A DNA stretch of 64,000 bases from a bacterium. Its GTDB lineage: Bacteria; SAR324; NAC60-12. The DNA is taken from the NCBI GenBank assembly GCA_965233585.1, contig CBDDTI010000747.1, positions 480,001 to 544,000 of the forward strand. The letters are read 5' to 3'. The stretch's first letter is position 1; each line of letters opens with the position of its first letter. Positions 19,701-28,987 of this stretch are shown piece after piece. The notes below the pieces were generated by a model that ran no database searches, was not told where the DNA came from, and saw only the letters and a list, made by a program, of their open reading frames with translations. The translations under genes and the position numbers were made by a program.

Positions 19701-19932
19701 TTTCTAAGTCAGTGTTCCAATCTTTTGTTTCAATGTAACCAATAGAAACGTCACCTTTTTCTACCAAAAAATCAGGTGAACCACAAGCAATCCTTTTGGG
19801 TTCATTCAAGAATTGTAAATCAGGCGCCAGTCGTTCTAAAAATGCTTGAAAAACAGGACGATAAGAGTGTTCTGTTGCATTCTGCCCTCTTTGAATCTCT
19901 TGAATCTTTTCAAAGTAATCTTGTAAATCCAT
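16795..19932 (-). CDS. Fused restriction-modification enzyme (type IIG-like): nuclease, N6-adenine MTase, type ISP-like C-terminal specificity domain
   Basis: PDF...IGYIETKD nuclease motif; GVYYTP, ILDPATGTG, GNPPY, LNDDYVKFIR; YRPFDKRW; IGGYQPAQKWLKDRK. Confidence 0.88.
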   Translation of the reverse strand: MDLQDYFEKIQEIQRGQNATEHSYRPVFQAFLERLAPDLQFLNEPKRIACGSPDFLVEKGDVSIGYIETKDWNTDLETTEKSEQIQRYLQSLDNLILTNYLEFRFYQNSQKIKEVCLAKWDQNQLQIIQENWGIFKKYFENFCHFQAKGIKNSEELSSVMANKALLMKEVFYQVLLQENENNSLQQQFQGFQKYLIQDLDKETFADVYVQTLVYGLFSASLNCQGSQNFTRQTARDLVPQSSFFLRHLFDNIAGVNLDERLHWVIDDLAQVLQDSDLANIFQATTHHQFKSDPFLDFYEHFLAAYDSEKRKEKGVYYTPKPVVHFIVKAVDDLLKKEFQIQAGLADCEKVGKKTNGKAESLHRLQILDPATGTGAFLAEVIEHIQQSFQNQQGLWSSYVKEHLIPRLNGFEIMMAPYALCHLKLAMMLKQTGYSDKDRFKIFLTNALSEYHSQDMPLLTDHWLIQESKGADSIKRDIPVMVVLGNPPYHGESQNQSDWIMNLINVYKKEPTKAGQTEDKKIQEKNSKWLNDDYVKFIRCGQFYVQKNGSGILAFINNHSFIDNPTFRGMRWNLLKTFDKIYILDLHGNSRKKEISPDGSKDENVFKIMQGVSINLFVKNENKQTDDLAQVFHYDLYGKRTDKLNFLQDNTLDSIEWSNVKYQSPNYFFVPKNLELQKDYEQGFSLKDLFILNSVGIVTARDHLTIHHTQKELEKIINKFLSLENEEARKQFNLRKDVRDWTVKYAREDLEKNYPNRQKIVEIIYRPFDKRWTFYTGKVKGFHCKPRRKVMQNFLKSENLGLISIRRSRNNNIWREIFITNSLSCGATTISSLDINYVFPLYTYPENQSQNNTEKASRKPNFNEEIIQKIEKNLGLKFTVEKEESAKYFAPIDLLDYIYAVLHSSKYRERYQEFLKIDFPHIPYPKKQKTFWELAKLGKELRLLHLMEHQKLNHFITTYPEDGEHLIEKVSYEQGKVWINNKQYFGSVPEAAWNFYIGGYQPAQKWLKDRKGRKLTFDDIQHYQKIIVALVETDKTMQQIQNIEFH

Positions 19933-19933
19933 G

Positions 19934-20659
19934 TCAAACTAAAATCCAAATGTCGTAAAAAGCGTGAGTGTAAACTGCAACACCAAACCCCCTGAAGTAA
20001 TAAATGATAGTGAGTAATAAGCCTGAAATGAAGCGAAAAAGGAATGAATAGACCGTAAAGTTGTCTGCTAATCCACCCACGTAATGAACCGCAGAAAATA
20101 ATAATGAGGCAATGATGATGGCAAGGAATCCTTTCAACACTGGTGAACTGATGAAATAAGCCAGCCCCCACATCAAAGCACCTAATAAAAGAAAACGGAA
20201 GAAGAACTCCTCAAAAATCCCTGCACCTAATGACATGGCAAAGTTTTGAATGGTGCTACTGCCAGATGGCAAGGCTAAAGGCAAGACTTTGAACAAAATC
20301 AACTGAACAACTGCACCAAAAAACAGACTGTAAAGCCATGATTCAAAGATGATTCCCCCAATATACTTGGCTTTAAGAGGGACTGACTTTTTTGCAAGAA
20401 ATGGAATAGAAGCCAAAAGGATCAAAATCATTGCTAAAAACGCATGTTGAGAGTCTATCTCAAACACTGCAAAAAGTTGACGAATCCAGACATCAACAGC
20501 ATTGCGGACTTGCCAGTTTTGGGAGTTAGAAAGTCGTTCAAAGTAAAGCAACACTTCATACAAAACGAGCAAAGGTAAGGTCATCACGACACCATAATAA
20601 GCACTTTTAGAAGTGTGGAAATAGGATTGCAAGGCTAAAGAGTTCAATCGTTGATCCAT
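19934..20659 (-). CDS. CPBP (Abi/CAAX) family intramembrane protease
   Basis: GIFEEFFFR, LFSAVH, HAFYD. Confidence 0.9.
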   Translation of the reverse strand: MDQRLNSLALQSYFHTSKSAYYGVVMTLPLLVLYEVLLYFERLSNSQNWQVRNAVDVWIRQLFAVFEIDSQHAFLAMILILLASIPFLAKKSVPLKAKYIGGIIFESWLYSLFFGAVVQLILFKVLPLALPSGSSTIQNFAMSLGAGIFEEFFFRFLLLGALMWGLAYFISSPVLKGFLAIIIASLLFSAVHYVGGLADNFTVYSFLFRFISGLLLTIIYYFRGFGVAVYTHAFYDIWILV

Positions 20660-21684
20660 TGTTGAAAGGTTTCTTGGTCATCAAGCTGACGTTCTATACG
20701 TTTGCAAAATTGCATGAAGGAAATTTGGTGGCTTGAGTGGTTGAGCAAATCTTGTGTTGTCAAGTCTTGTAAATGAAAGCCTTGGTCTGCAAACCACTGA
20801 ATCCAAGCACTCATATTTTGGTACAATTCTTCAGAGGGCAACTCAAGTCCTGCTTTCGTAACCTTTGCAACCTCTTTTGGAGCATGAGGCAATTCTTCTG
20901 GTTCATTCTCTTCCTCTGTCTGTGTCTGTGAGCCAAGAATGAATGAATCAAGCAAGACGCCTTCTGCGACAGAATCTTCAAAGTGTTGCAAGGCGTCTTC
21001 TACCAAAGAAGGCTCTTGAGCATAGCGGAGCAACCTCACCTTCATTTGCAAGAATGAAATCCGATGGCTACTTTCTGTGAATTGCTCGCCTAGATGAACG
21101 AAAGCCTCAGCATTTTCTCTTTGCAGGACTTTAAACCATTGCACAGTCGTCAAGTAGACTTCATTCAATGGCTCAATTTGATAAGGTTTTTCTGGGGGTT
21201 GCTCTTCTTCAGTTTTGTTTTTTAAGTTCAAGACTGCCAAGTCTTTTTGCAAGGAGGAGTGATGAGTCAGATTTTTTTGGGAGGACTCTGATTTGATGAC
21301 TTCTTCCTTTGGGGGTCTCGCAATGGAAAGGAGTCTCATCTGTTCTTGCAACTGTTCAACGGCTTCTTCTAATTTGGCAAGACGTTGTTGTAATGTAGAT
21401 GATTTCTGGGGACTTTCTAATGCAAAAAGAAAGACCCCTTGTTGTTGTAACCATTGCGGATTGGCTAGTTGTTCAGCAAACTCATCAGGAATTTGCTCAC
21501 ACTCTGCCAAAAACTCTCGCCAATTCAAAATGTCTGTGGAGGTGTATGAAAAGTCTTCAGACAAAGAAAGACCCCGTTTTTGTAACCAGAGCTTCCATTG
21601 CATCAATGTTTTTTTAGTTTCTTGAGAACGTTGAAACTGGAGAAGATTCTTTTCTAATTGGCTGATTAGGTTGGTATTGGTCAT
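20644..21684 (-). CDS. Hypothetical protein with coiled coil
   Basis: 346-aa ORF coupled to lpxA and the CPBP gene; internal motif repeat SSHRISFLQ / SSHQISFMQ. Confidence 0.75.
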   Translation of the reverse strand: MTNTNLISQLEKNLLQFQRSQETKKTLMQWKLWLQKRGLSLSEDFSYTSTDILNWREFLAECEQIPDEFAEQLANPQWLQQQGVFLFALESPQKSSTLQQRLAKLEEAVEQLQEQMRLLSIARPPKEEVIKSESSQKNLTHHSSLQKDLAVLNLKNKTEEEQPPEKPYQIEPLNEVYLTTVQWFKVLQRENAEAFVHLGEQFTESSHRISFLQMKVRLLRYAQEPSLVEDALQHFEDSVAEGVLLDSFILGSQTQTEEENEPEELPHAPKEVAKVTKAGLELPSEELYQNMSAWIQWFADQGFHLQDLTTQDLLNHSSHQISFMQFCKRIERQLDDQETFQQWIND

Positions 21685-21691
21685 ACATGAG

Positions 21692-22474
21692 TCATGGCTT
21701 GCGTTTGACCTTGCCTTCTACCTCTTGAATGAACCGCAGATAAGTCAAGGTTGCAGGACAATGAGCATACTTTGACTTGAGATTTGTAACGACTTCTTGC
21801 CAGTTGCCTGTGCTTTTAAGGAAGTCTTTGTGCATTGTAGAAATGGTAGCAATATCTGCCTGCTCAAAGCCGTTGCGTTGCAAGCCAATCACGTTGACCC
21901 CTTTCAAATTAATTCGGTTGCCATAGCCTGTTGCATAAGGAGGAACATTTTGGTCAATCATTGTACCAGCACCTATGAAAGCATAAGACCCCACCCGTAT
22001 AAATTGCACTGCCCCAGTTTGACCCCCGATGACTGTACGGTCATCTAACACAACATGCCCTGAAAGCTGAACAGAATTAGCAAGAATGTTATGATTCCCA
22101 ATCTTGCAATCGTGAGCAACGTGAACATAAGCCATGATTAAATTATGGCTACCTATGGACGTTTTGCCCCCCCCGTGACTTGTGCCACGATGAATTGAGG
22201 AGTACTCACGCACAATGTTATGGTCACCCATCTCAACCAAAGTTCTTTCACCTTGATATTTCAAATCTTGCGGAACAACACCTGTAACGGAGTAAGGAAA
22301 AAATTGATTGTGTTTGCCAATTTGACAAGGACCTTCTAAAACGACGTGGGATTTTAAAACACACCCATCGCCAAGTTCTACCTCATCTCCAACAACACAA
22401 TACGCACCAATTTGAACATTGTTGCCAAGTTTAGCTGTGGGAGAAACGATTGCTGTTTGATGAATTGATGCCAT
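21692..22474 (-). CDS. lpxA: UDP-N-acetylglucosamine O-acyltransferase
   Basis: Hexapeptide repeats, PQDLKY.GE.T, IHRGT, HVAHDC. Confidence 0.95.
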   Translation of the reverse strand: MASIHQTAIVSPTAKLGNNVQIGAYCVVGDEVELGDGCVLKSHVVLEGPCQIGKHNQFFPYSVTGVVPQDLKYQGERTLVEMGDHNIVREYSSIHRGTSHGGGKTSIGSHNLIMAYVHVAHDCKIGNHNILANSVQLSGHVVLDDRTVIGGQTGAVQFIRVGSYAFIGAGTMIDQNVPPYATGYGNRINLKGVNVIGLQRNGFEQADIATISTMHKDFLKSTGNWQEVVTNLKSKYAHCPATLTYLRFIQEVEGKVKRKP

Positions 22475-22602
22475 CAGTCATAAAAAGTGAGAAAAAATTA
22501 AAAATAAAATCTTTTCAGTGTAAAATGAGTATTCACAAACTGCAAGCGATAAGGCGTGCCATTTGCATTCCAGTTTGTTTCAATTTAACTATGACCTCAA
22601 TT

Positions 22603-23271
22603 ATGCGAAAATTATTCTGTTTCTGTCTGCTTTGGGCATTGGGTGCTTTGACTCTTCATGCGGAGAAGGTGTATTTACATAGTGGAGAAATGCTTATCGG
22701 TCGGATTCAATACATTGATGAAAGAGTTGTCGCTCTTGAGTCCGACAGAGGATTTGGTATTGTCAAGATAGACCGTGCAGATGTTAGCATGATTGAGTTT
22801 GATGGAAGTGAACGAAACCTTTCCCAAAAATTTGGATTAGGATTTTTTCAAAGAAGCCCGATTGCTGATGATGTCAGCTTTAGCTCTTTGACAGTGAGGC
22901 ATTGGAGTAGTATTGACACATCTATTGACTTTATGATAGGGGTTGGACACACGACTGATGGAGACACTAAACTCCAAGAATACTTTAGCGTAGAGGGACG
23001 TTATGCTAAGGTGTTACTTCAAGAGGGAAGGCACAATATTTATTCTGGAGCGGGAATAGGCGTGATGAGTACTTCAGGCGAAAACCTTCCAGAAGCGACA
23101 ACAGGCACACAATTCAGCGCATTTTTGGGAGTAGAACTGTTCCCTGTCAGTTTTCCCAACCTTGGCGTTTCTGCAGAAGTGGGAGTGTTAACTCAAAAAA
23201 TTGGCTCTCGTCAGTCCTATGGCTTGTTCCATGTTGGCTTCCCTTCCCTTTCTGTCCGTTATTATTTTTAA
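22603..23271 (+). CDS. Probable outer-membrane beta-barrel protein with small N-terminal domain
   Basis: Signal MRKLFCFCLLWALGALTLHA, amphipathic strands, C-terminal VRYYF. Start moved from 22450. Confidence 0.65.
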   Translation: MRKLFCFCLLWALGALTLHAEKVYLHSGEMLIGRIQYIDERVVALESDRGFGIVKIDRADVSMIEFDGSERNLSQKFGLGFFQRSPIADDVSFSSLTVRHWSSIDTSIDFMIGVGHTTDGDTKLQEYFSVEGRYAKVLLQEGRHNIYSGAGIGVMSTSGENLPEATTGTQFSAFLGVELFPVSFPNLGVSAEVGVLTQKIGSRQSYGLFHVGFPSLSVRYYF

Positions 23272-23294
23272 TTCTTTAAAGTAGGAAAAATCTG

Positions 23295-23534
23295 ATGAAA
23301 CTTGAACTTTTTTATTTTGAAAGCTGTCCCTTTTGCCAAATCGTTTTGAGGGAAATCCAAAACCTCAATATTGAGTCAAACATTGACAAGCTGAACATTC
23401 ACGATGACCCATCTGCACTTGAAAGACTTGTCAACATGAACGGAAAAAGACAAGTCCCTTGCCTCGTCATTGATGGAAAACCGATGCTGGAGTCTTCGCA
23501 AATTATAGAATTTTTGCAGCAAAATTTTGGCTGA
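23295..23534 (+). CDS. Glutaredoxin
   Basis: CPFC, QVPCL.IDG...ES. Confidence 0.92.
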   Translation: MKLELFYFESCPFCQIVLREIQNLNIESNIDKLNIHDDPSALERLVNMNGKRQVPCLVIDGKPMLESSQIIEFLQQNFG

Positions 23535-23547
23535 GACTGTGACTTTT

Positions 23548-24918
23548 ATGAAGTGTCAACACATTGCCATTTTGGTCGCCCTCACTTTGCTGAGTGCTTG
23601 CAGTATCAAAAAAATATCATATCCTGTTACTCCCTCACCCCACAGGTTAGTTGAGGTTTTTGGATTTCACATTGATGAATTTAAGGGGAGGGGACACTTT
23701 TTGCTCAAGGATATTCTCATTAGTCAGATTCACCGTATTCCTAATTTTGAATACTCTGAAAGCTATCCAATCAGCAAACATGCCGCCATTATTTCTGCAA
23801 ATGTTCTAGCATATTCTGCAAAAGATGAGGTGCTTCAAAAAAACAAACAGCAAGTCAGGCTGGTTGCAGAAGACTCCCCTAAATCACAACAGCTTTTAAA
23901 GGCAACACAACTCAAGTTCATTGAAGTCCCTCATCAAATGTTAGTGATGCACCGCACTTTGACACTTCAAGTTGAAATTCAAGTCAGACATGCGACAAGT
24001 CAAAAAATTCTTTACCAAAATCTTGAAAAAATTGCTTTTCAACAAACCTATTTTGGCAAAGAGCAGGTCTCTCTTGCTCCTGATAGCAATGACGAAATTG
24101 AAAGGCTAGGACAACTACTTTTCAAACGTTTCTTAGACAAGCTCAACCCTGCTTTTCAAAACCAAACGCTTGTCCTTGAGTCTGGTTCTTCGTCTCTCGT
24201 GTGGGGATTGTTTCCAAAAGAGCATTCTGGAATTTTGAAAGGAAACCGCTATGCCCTAGAAGGCAATTATGAACAGGCATTGAAAACATGGAGTTATGTC
24301 ACATTTTTTCCAAGTCCATTTGGAACAAAAGAGTTTTTTACTTTTGATGATACGTTCTATGAAAAAACTCGTATGGCACAAATTCCAAATATCATTCTTG
24401 AGACATTGTTACCTTATCATGGGCAAACTTTTTCGCTTGAGCAAATCAATGCGTTGCTTCCTAAAATCATGACAAGGCAGGACTTCATTGAGCATGCTAA
24501 CGTCATCAAAATTCATGCTCGGCAAGAAAAGAATCAAGACAACGTCAACCTTGCGGCTGCTCATTACAACTTGGGGTCTGTTTATCAAATTCAAGGGAAG
24601 CTAGAGTTGGCATCGTACCACTTTGCCAGAGCCAATGCTTATCACCCACGGCAAAAATATGCCCAAAGTTGGACAGATACTCAAACAAAATTTGGAACGC
24701 TTGACCCTGCTTCTAACATGCCTGCGTTTGATGAAATTGCAACACCCAGAAATGCAAGAATCCAAACTCAATCTACACAAAAAGATAAGGAAATGGCTAA
24801 TCGCTCCCAGACTGTCATTACACCCTCAGAACTCCCTGTCTTGATTGAAGAAAACAAACAACTTTCTCAGCCTCAAACACCAAAACAAACACCTCTTCCA
24901 CAACTTAATTTAGATTAA
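23548..24918 (+). CDS. TPR lipoprotein, distant paralog of the 4029-7855 proteins
   Basis: Lipobox LLSA-C, similar alpha/beta N-domain, TPR AAHYNLGSVYQIQG. Confidence 0.7.
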   Translation: MKCQHIAILVALTLLSACSIKKISYPVTPSPHRLVEVFGFHIDEFKGRGHFLLKDILISQIHRIPNFEYSESYPISKHAAIISANVLAYSAKDEVLQKNKQQVRLVAEDSPKSQQLLKATQLKFIEVPHQMLVMHRTLTLQVEIQVRHATSQKILYQNLEKIAFQQTYFGKEQVSLAPDSNDEIERLGQLLFKRFLDKLNPAFQNQTLVLESGSSSLVWGLFPKEHSGILKGNRYALEGNYEQALKTWSYVTFFPSPFGTKEFFTFDDTFYEKTRMAQIPNIILETLLPYHGQTFSLEQINALLPKIMTRQDFIEHANVIKIHARQEKNQDNVNLAAAHYNLGSVYQIQGKLELASYHFARANAYHPRQKYAQSWTDTQTKFGTLDPASNMPAFDEIATPRNARIQTQSTQKDKEMANRSQTVITPSELPVLIEENKQLSQPQTPKQTPLPQLNLD

Positions 24919-24933
24919 ATTCAAAGAACTCTC

Positions 24934-27546
24934 ATGCAGTACAGCAGATTCAAAACACTCATCAAATCGTTTTTCTGCTTGACTTTTCTGCTTGTCGCAT
25001 GCTCCGAAACACCTCAAACACCTGATGAAGAGGTCATCACGCCTGAACCACAACAGCCCCCTGAAACTATCACGAAACCTCCGCCAGAACTTGAACCTCC
25101 AAAACAACAAACAAGAATATCAGCAGGAGGAGCTTACGTTTGCTTCCAGCAATTTGATGAAAAAGTCAAATGTTGGGGACAGAATGATAGTGGACAGCTT
25201 GGGCTTGGTGATTCAAATAACAGAGGTGATGAGCCAGATGAAATGGGTGGAAATCTCAATTCGTTGTCAGATGAAATCAAGGCTTTGACAACAGGAAGTC
25301 TTCATGCTTGTTCACTCCTTGAGAACGACACTGTGAAGTGTTGGGGAAACAATGCTTATGGACAACTCGGCTTAGAAAATCAACAAAATCAAAGCACTCC
25401 AGCACTTGCAAAAATCTCTGATGTGAAGGCGTTGACTGCAGGAGGAGACCATACTTGCGCTTTGCTCAATGATGGGAGTGTGAAGTGTTGGGGGGATAAT
25501 AAATACGGGCAAATTGGCATAGAAGGGGCTTTGCATCGTGGCACAAAATCTAATGAAATGGGGGCGTTCCTTGCCACACGGACTTTTGAAAAACAGGTCA
25601 TACAAATTGCCACAGGTTTAAGTCATACCTGCATCTTGCTCCAAAACGGCAATGTGAAATGTTGGGGGGAGAACAGACATGGGCAACTTGGCATCGGTAA
25701 AAGTACTAACTTAGGCGTCATTCAAGGTTCTATGAGCAAGCTACAAAACATTGCATTTGGAACAAACCGACATGCAATCTTCCTTGATGCAGGCAAGAAT
25801 CACACTTGCGTCATTCTTGACAATGGCAATGCCAAATGCTGGGGTCAAAATGAAAGCGGACAGCTTGGGCTTGGCGACACAGCAAATCGTGGAATCCAAG
25901 CAAGTGATATGGGGGATAACCTGCCAGAAATTGAGTTTGGTCAGAAGATCAAGCAAATTGCATTGGGGGGAAGTCACACCTGTACCTTGCTAGAAGATGG
26001 TGCTGTCAAATGTTGGGGTCAAAATGAAAGCGGACAGCTCGGACTTGGCAATACAGAAAACATAGGAGACGATTCAGTAGAACAAAGTCAGACTTTCACC
26101 TCAGTCCTTTTGAAGCCAAACCGCAAAGCCGTTGCGATTGCCGCTGGGGACGCCTTCAGCTGTGCTTTGCTTGATGATGAAACCGTTCAGTGTTGGGGGA
26201 ATAATCTCAATGGACAACTCGGGCTTGGTGATACAAACAACAGAGGAGATGAGTCAAATGAAATGGGACAAAATCTGCTCACAGTGGAGCTGGAAGCCTC
26301 TCATAAAATTAAAAGAGGTGATGCCGTCATCGCCACTTCTCAACACACTTGTTCAGTCTTAGATAACGACCAAATCAAATGTTGGGGGGACAACACACGG
26401 GGACAGCTCGGGCTTGGTGATATACGAAGCAGAGGCGTCCAATTAAATGAAATGGGGGCAAGACTGCCTTCTATTCAGCTTGGCGACACAGTCAAATCAG
26501 TCAATGTCAACAAAGATTTTGCTTGTGCCATCTTGAACAATGACCAAGTCAAATGCTGGGGGGACAATACACGCGGGCAACTTGGAATCAATTCCTCCCA
26601 AACTTCTATTGGTCAAGTGCTTGATGACATGGGAGACGCTTTGCCCACTGTTCCTTTACAAGGCAAGACAAGCCAACTTTCCCTAGGCGACCGCTTTGCC
26701 TGTGCCTTGCTAGAAAATAGTACTGTCAAATGCTGGGGGAATAATCTCAATGGACAACTGGGATTGGGAGACCGCAATGCAAGGGGTGATGGAGTGTTGC
26801 GCATTTCTAGCCTTCCCGTAGATTTAGGCACAGGACGCACTGCAAAAGCCATTGGAACAGGAACTTCACATGCCTGCGCAATTTTAGATGATGACAGCTT
26901 GAAGTGCTGGGGGAACAACTTACATGGACAATTAGGGTCAGGAGACAAAGTAGAATATGGCTCAATTCCTAATATGGGCGACCTTCTTCCTGTTGTGAAT
27001 TTAGGCACGGGACGCACTCCAAAGGCAATCAGTTTAGGGAACTTTCATACTTGTGCAATTTTGGATGATGACAGCTTGAAGTGCTGGGGGAACAATGAAA
27101 GTGGACAGCTTGGGCTTGGGGATACAACTTCTCGTGGTGAAAGTGCTAGTCAAATGGGCGATGACCTTCCTGCTGTGAATCTAGGCACAGGACGCACTGC
27201 AAAAGCCATCAGTGCAGGGGCGTTGCATACTTGTGCGATTTTAGATGATGACACTTTGAAGTGCTGGGGGAACAATGAAAGTGGACAGCTCGGACTTGGG
27301 GATACGACTGCCCGCGGTGAAAGTGCAGGTCAAATGGGGGACGACCTTCCTGTTGTGAGTTTAGGCACAGGACGCACTGCAAAAGCTATTAGTGCAGGAG
27401 AGTCCAACACATGCGTTGTTTTAGATGATGACAGCTTGAAGTGTTGGGGGAACAATGAAAGTGGACAGCTTGGACTTGGCGATACGATTGCCCGCGGTGG
27501 AAGTGCTGGTCAAATGGGAGACGCTCTTCCTGCTGTCAGCCTATAA
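24934..27546 (+). CDS. RCC1-repeat lipoprotein with 14 repeats (two predicted 7-bladed propellers)
   Basis: Lipobox LLVA-C, Pro/Glu linker, 14 copies of CWG.N..GQ(L/I)G. Confidence 0.92.
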   Translation: MQYSRFKTLIKSFFCLTFLLVACSETPQTPDEEVITPEPQQPPETITKPPPELEPPKQQTRISAGGAYVCFQQFDEKVKCWGQNDSGQLGLGDSNNRGDEPDEMGGNLNSLSDEIKALTTGSLHACSLLENDTVKCWGNNAYGQLGLENQQNQSTPALAKISDVKALTAGGDHTCALLNDGSVKCWGDNKYGQIGIEGALHRGTKSNEMGAFLATRTFEKQVIQIATGLSHTCILLQNGNVKCWGENRHGQLGIGKSTNLGVIQGSMSKLQNIAFGTNRHAIFLDAGKNHTCVILDNGNAKCWGQNESGQLGLGDTANRGIQASDMGDNLPEIEFGQKIKQIALGGSHTCTLLEDGAVKCWGQNESGQLGLGNTENIGDDSVEQSQTFTSVLLKPNRKAVAIAAGDAFSCALLDDETVQCWGNNLNGQLGLGDTNNRGDESNEMGQNLLTVELEASHKIKRGDAVIATSQHTCSVLDNDQIKCWGDNTRGQLGLGDIRSRGVQLNEMGARLPSIQLGDTVKSVNVNKDFACAILNNDQVKCWGDNTRGQLGINSSQTSIGQVLDDMGDALPTVPLQGKTSQLSLGDRFACALLENSTVKCWGNNLNGQLGLGDRNARGDGVLRISSLPVDLGTGRTAKAIGTGTSHACAILDDDSLKCWGNNLHGQLGSGDKVEYGSIPNMGDLLPVVNLGTGRTPKAISLGNFHTCAILDDDSLKCWGNNESGQLGLGDTTSRGESASQMGDDLPAVNLGTGRTAKAISAGALHTCAILDDDTLKCWGNNESGQLGLGDTTARGESAGQMGDDLPVVSLGTGRTAKAISAGESNTCVVLDDDSLKCWGNNESGQLGLGDTIARGGSAGQMGDALPAVSL
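26824..27543 (+). repeat. Four near-identical intragenic tandem repeats (177-180 bp)
   Basis: (T/C)TAGGCAC(A/G)GGACGCACT recurs at 26824, 27001, 27181 and 27361. Confidence 0.9.
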
Positions 27547-27568
27547 CATCAACATTGAATGGGGCAGA

Positions 27569-28924
27569 TTAAATACTGATTCCAATAGAACCAAAAATGA
27601 CATCATTGTTATACGTTCTTTGGTTGTTGCGATTGCCAAGGTCTCCTTCATACTTGGTGTATCCAAGACGTATCAAATTCCATGGCAAATTGATTTGGAA
27701 GCCATAAGAAGGAAGCTCTTGGTTGAGTCCTGCCCCCAGATAAAGTATATGATTCCCAAATAGGGGAAACAAACCGACTTGCATGCCCACGTGAGACCTC
27801 TGTCCAAATGAACGTACCTCTTTTTCTCCTTTGATGGTATAGGTTGTTTCAGTCAACATGTCTTTGACTTCAAATGCACCAAGAAACGATGCCAATTCAA
27901 AATCAAGATGAAGACTTGCCCCAGCATTCAAAGAGGCAGGAATCTCCATATTTGCCTTTTCAAATTTGACCCCTCCTATGTTTTGATACGTGATTCCAAA
28001 TTGATAAGCAGACTCTGGGCTTGGACGATACAAAATTCCCAACTCTTTGCCGATTCCTTCATCTTGTTTTTCTTCTGCCAAAGTAGAGATGTTGTCGCTA
28101 TTGGCAATCGCACTCACCAAAGTATAATCTTGCACGTTACGAACTTTGACGACATATTGCCTGACCAGCATACCAACACGTAGTGTGTCATCAAACAATG
28201 AAATTGCACCGCCAGAACTTTGAATGTCAATAAGCGCTGTTTGAAAGTTGATTGCAGTTTTCCAAACCAGATTAAAAATTTTCTGGGCTTGGTCCATATC
28301 CGATTGATTGTCATCTTTGAGCGTCTGTATTTCTTCTTCCAGCTTCTTTTTTTCTTCGGGGGTCATTTGAAAATCTAAGTTTTTCTTGAGGGAATCGTCA
28401 ATGAGCTGAGTGGCTTTTTTAGGGTCAGTGATTGAAATTTCATCTTGGTTTAGTGTAGAAAAGCTTAAAATTCCAAGTGCTGTAAAATAACGTTCTGCGG
28501 CAAAACCAAGCCTCTGCACTCCGATTCCTTCAAACAGCTGAAACTGAAAAGACAAATGCCCCCAGCCTTGACCACTCAGCAAAAAGATTTTTTCGTCCCG
28601 TGCGGCTTGGGCAACTTCCTGAGAAGTGTCAAAATCCCGTTCTGTCGCTTTGTTAAATTCATCTATAATTGTTTTATCAAAAGAAAGTTGCCCCCCAAGC
28701 AACAGGTCAAAGGTGGCAAGGTCTTCATCAGTTTTTACAACTCCTGCAATATTATACCTTGTGGCAAGTTCGCTCGTTGGCACTGCAGAAACCATCGCAT
28801 TACCCATAGACAATGCCCGATTATGAGACTGGTAGATGATAGAGCTGTCTATGACCAAGTCATCAGCAAAACTTGCCTCACTAAATGACCAAAAGATGAT
28901 TAAAAAGAAGCTAATCTTTTTCAT
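27569..28924 (-). CDS. Outer-membrane beta-barrel, TraF/PorV-like
   Basis: Signal ending SFA; RALSMGNA..A and ..YN.AG plug motif; amphipathic C-terminal strands. Confidence 0.6.
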   Translation of the reverse strand: MKKISFFLIIFWSFSEASFADDLVIDSSIIYQSHNRALSMGNAMVSAVPTSELATRYNIAGVVKTDEDLATFDLLLGGQLSFDKTIIDEFNKATERDFDTSQEVAQAARDEKIFLLSGQGWGHLSFQFQLFEGIGVQRLGFAAERYFTALGILSFSTLNQDEISITDPKKATQLIDDSLKKNLDFQMTPEEKKKLEEEIQTLKDDNQSDMDQAQKIFNLVWKTAINFQTALIDIQSSGGAISLFDDTLRVGMLVRQYVVKVRNVQDYTLVSAIANSDNISTLAEEKQDEGIGKELGILYRPSPESAYQFGITYQNIGGVKFEKANMEIPASLNAGASLHLDFELASFLGAFEVKDMLTETTYTIKGEKEVRSFGQRSHVGMQVGLFPLFGNHILYLGAGLNQELPSYGFQINLPWNLIRLGYTKYEGDLGNRNNQRTYNNDVIFGSIGISI

Positions 28925-28987
28925 TGAACAATTAAAAAGAGGGTTTGGCAAAATGATGCAAGAAAGAAACCTAAACTTTCTTTAAGG

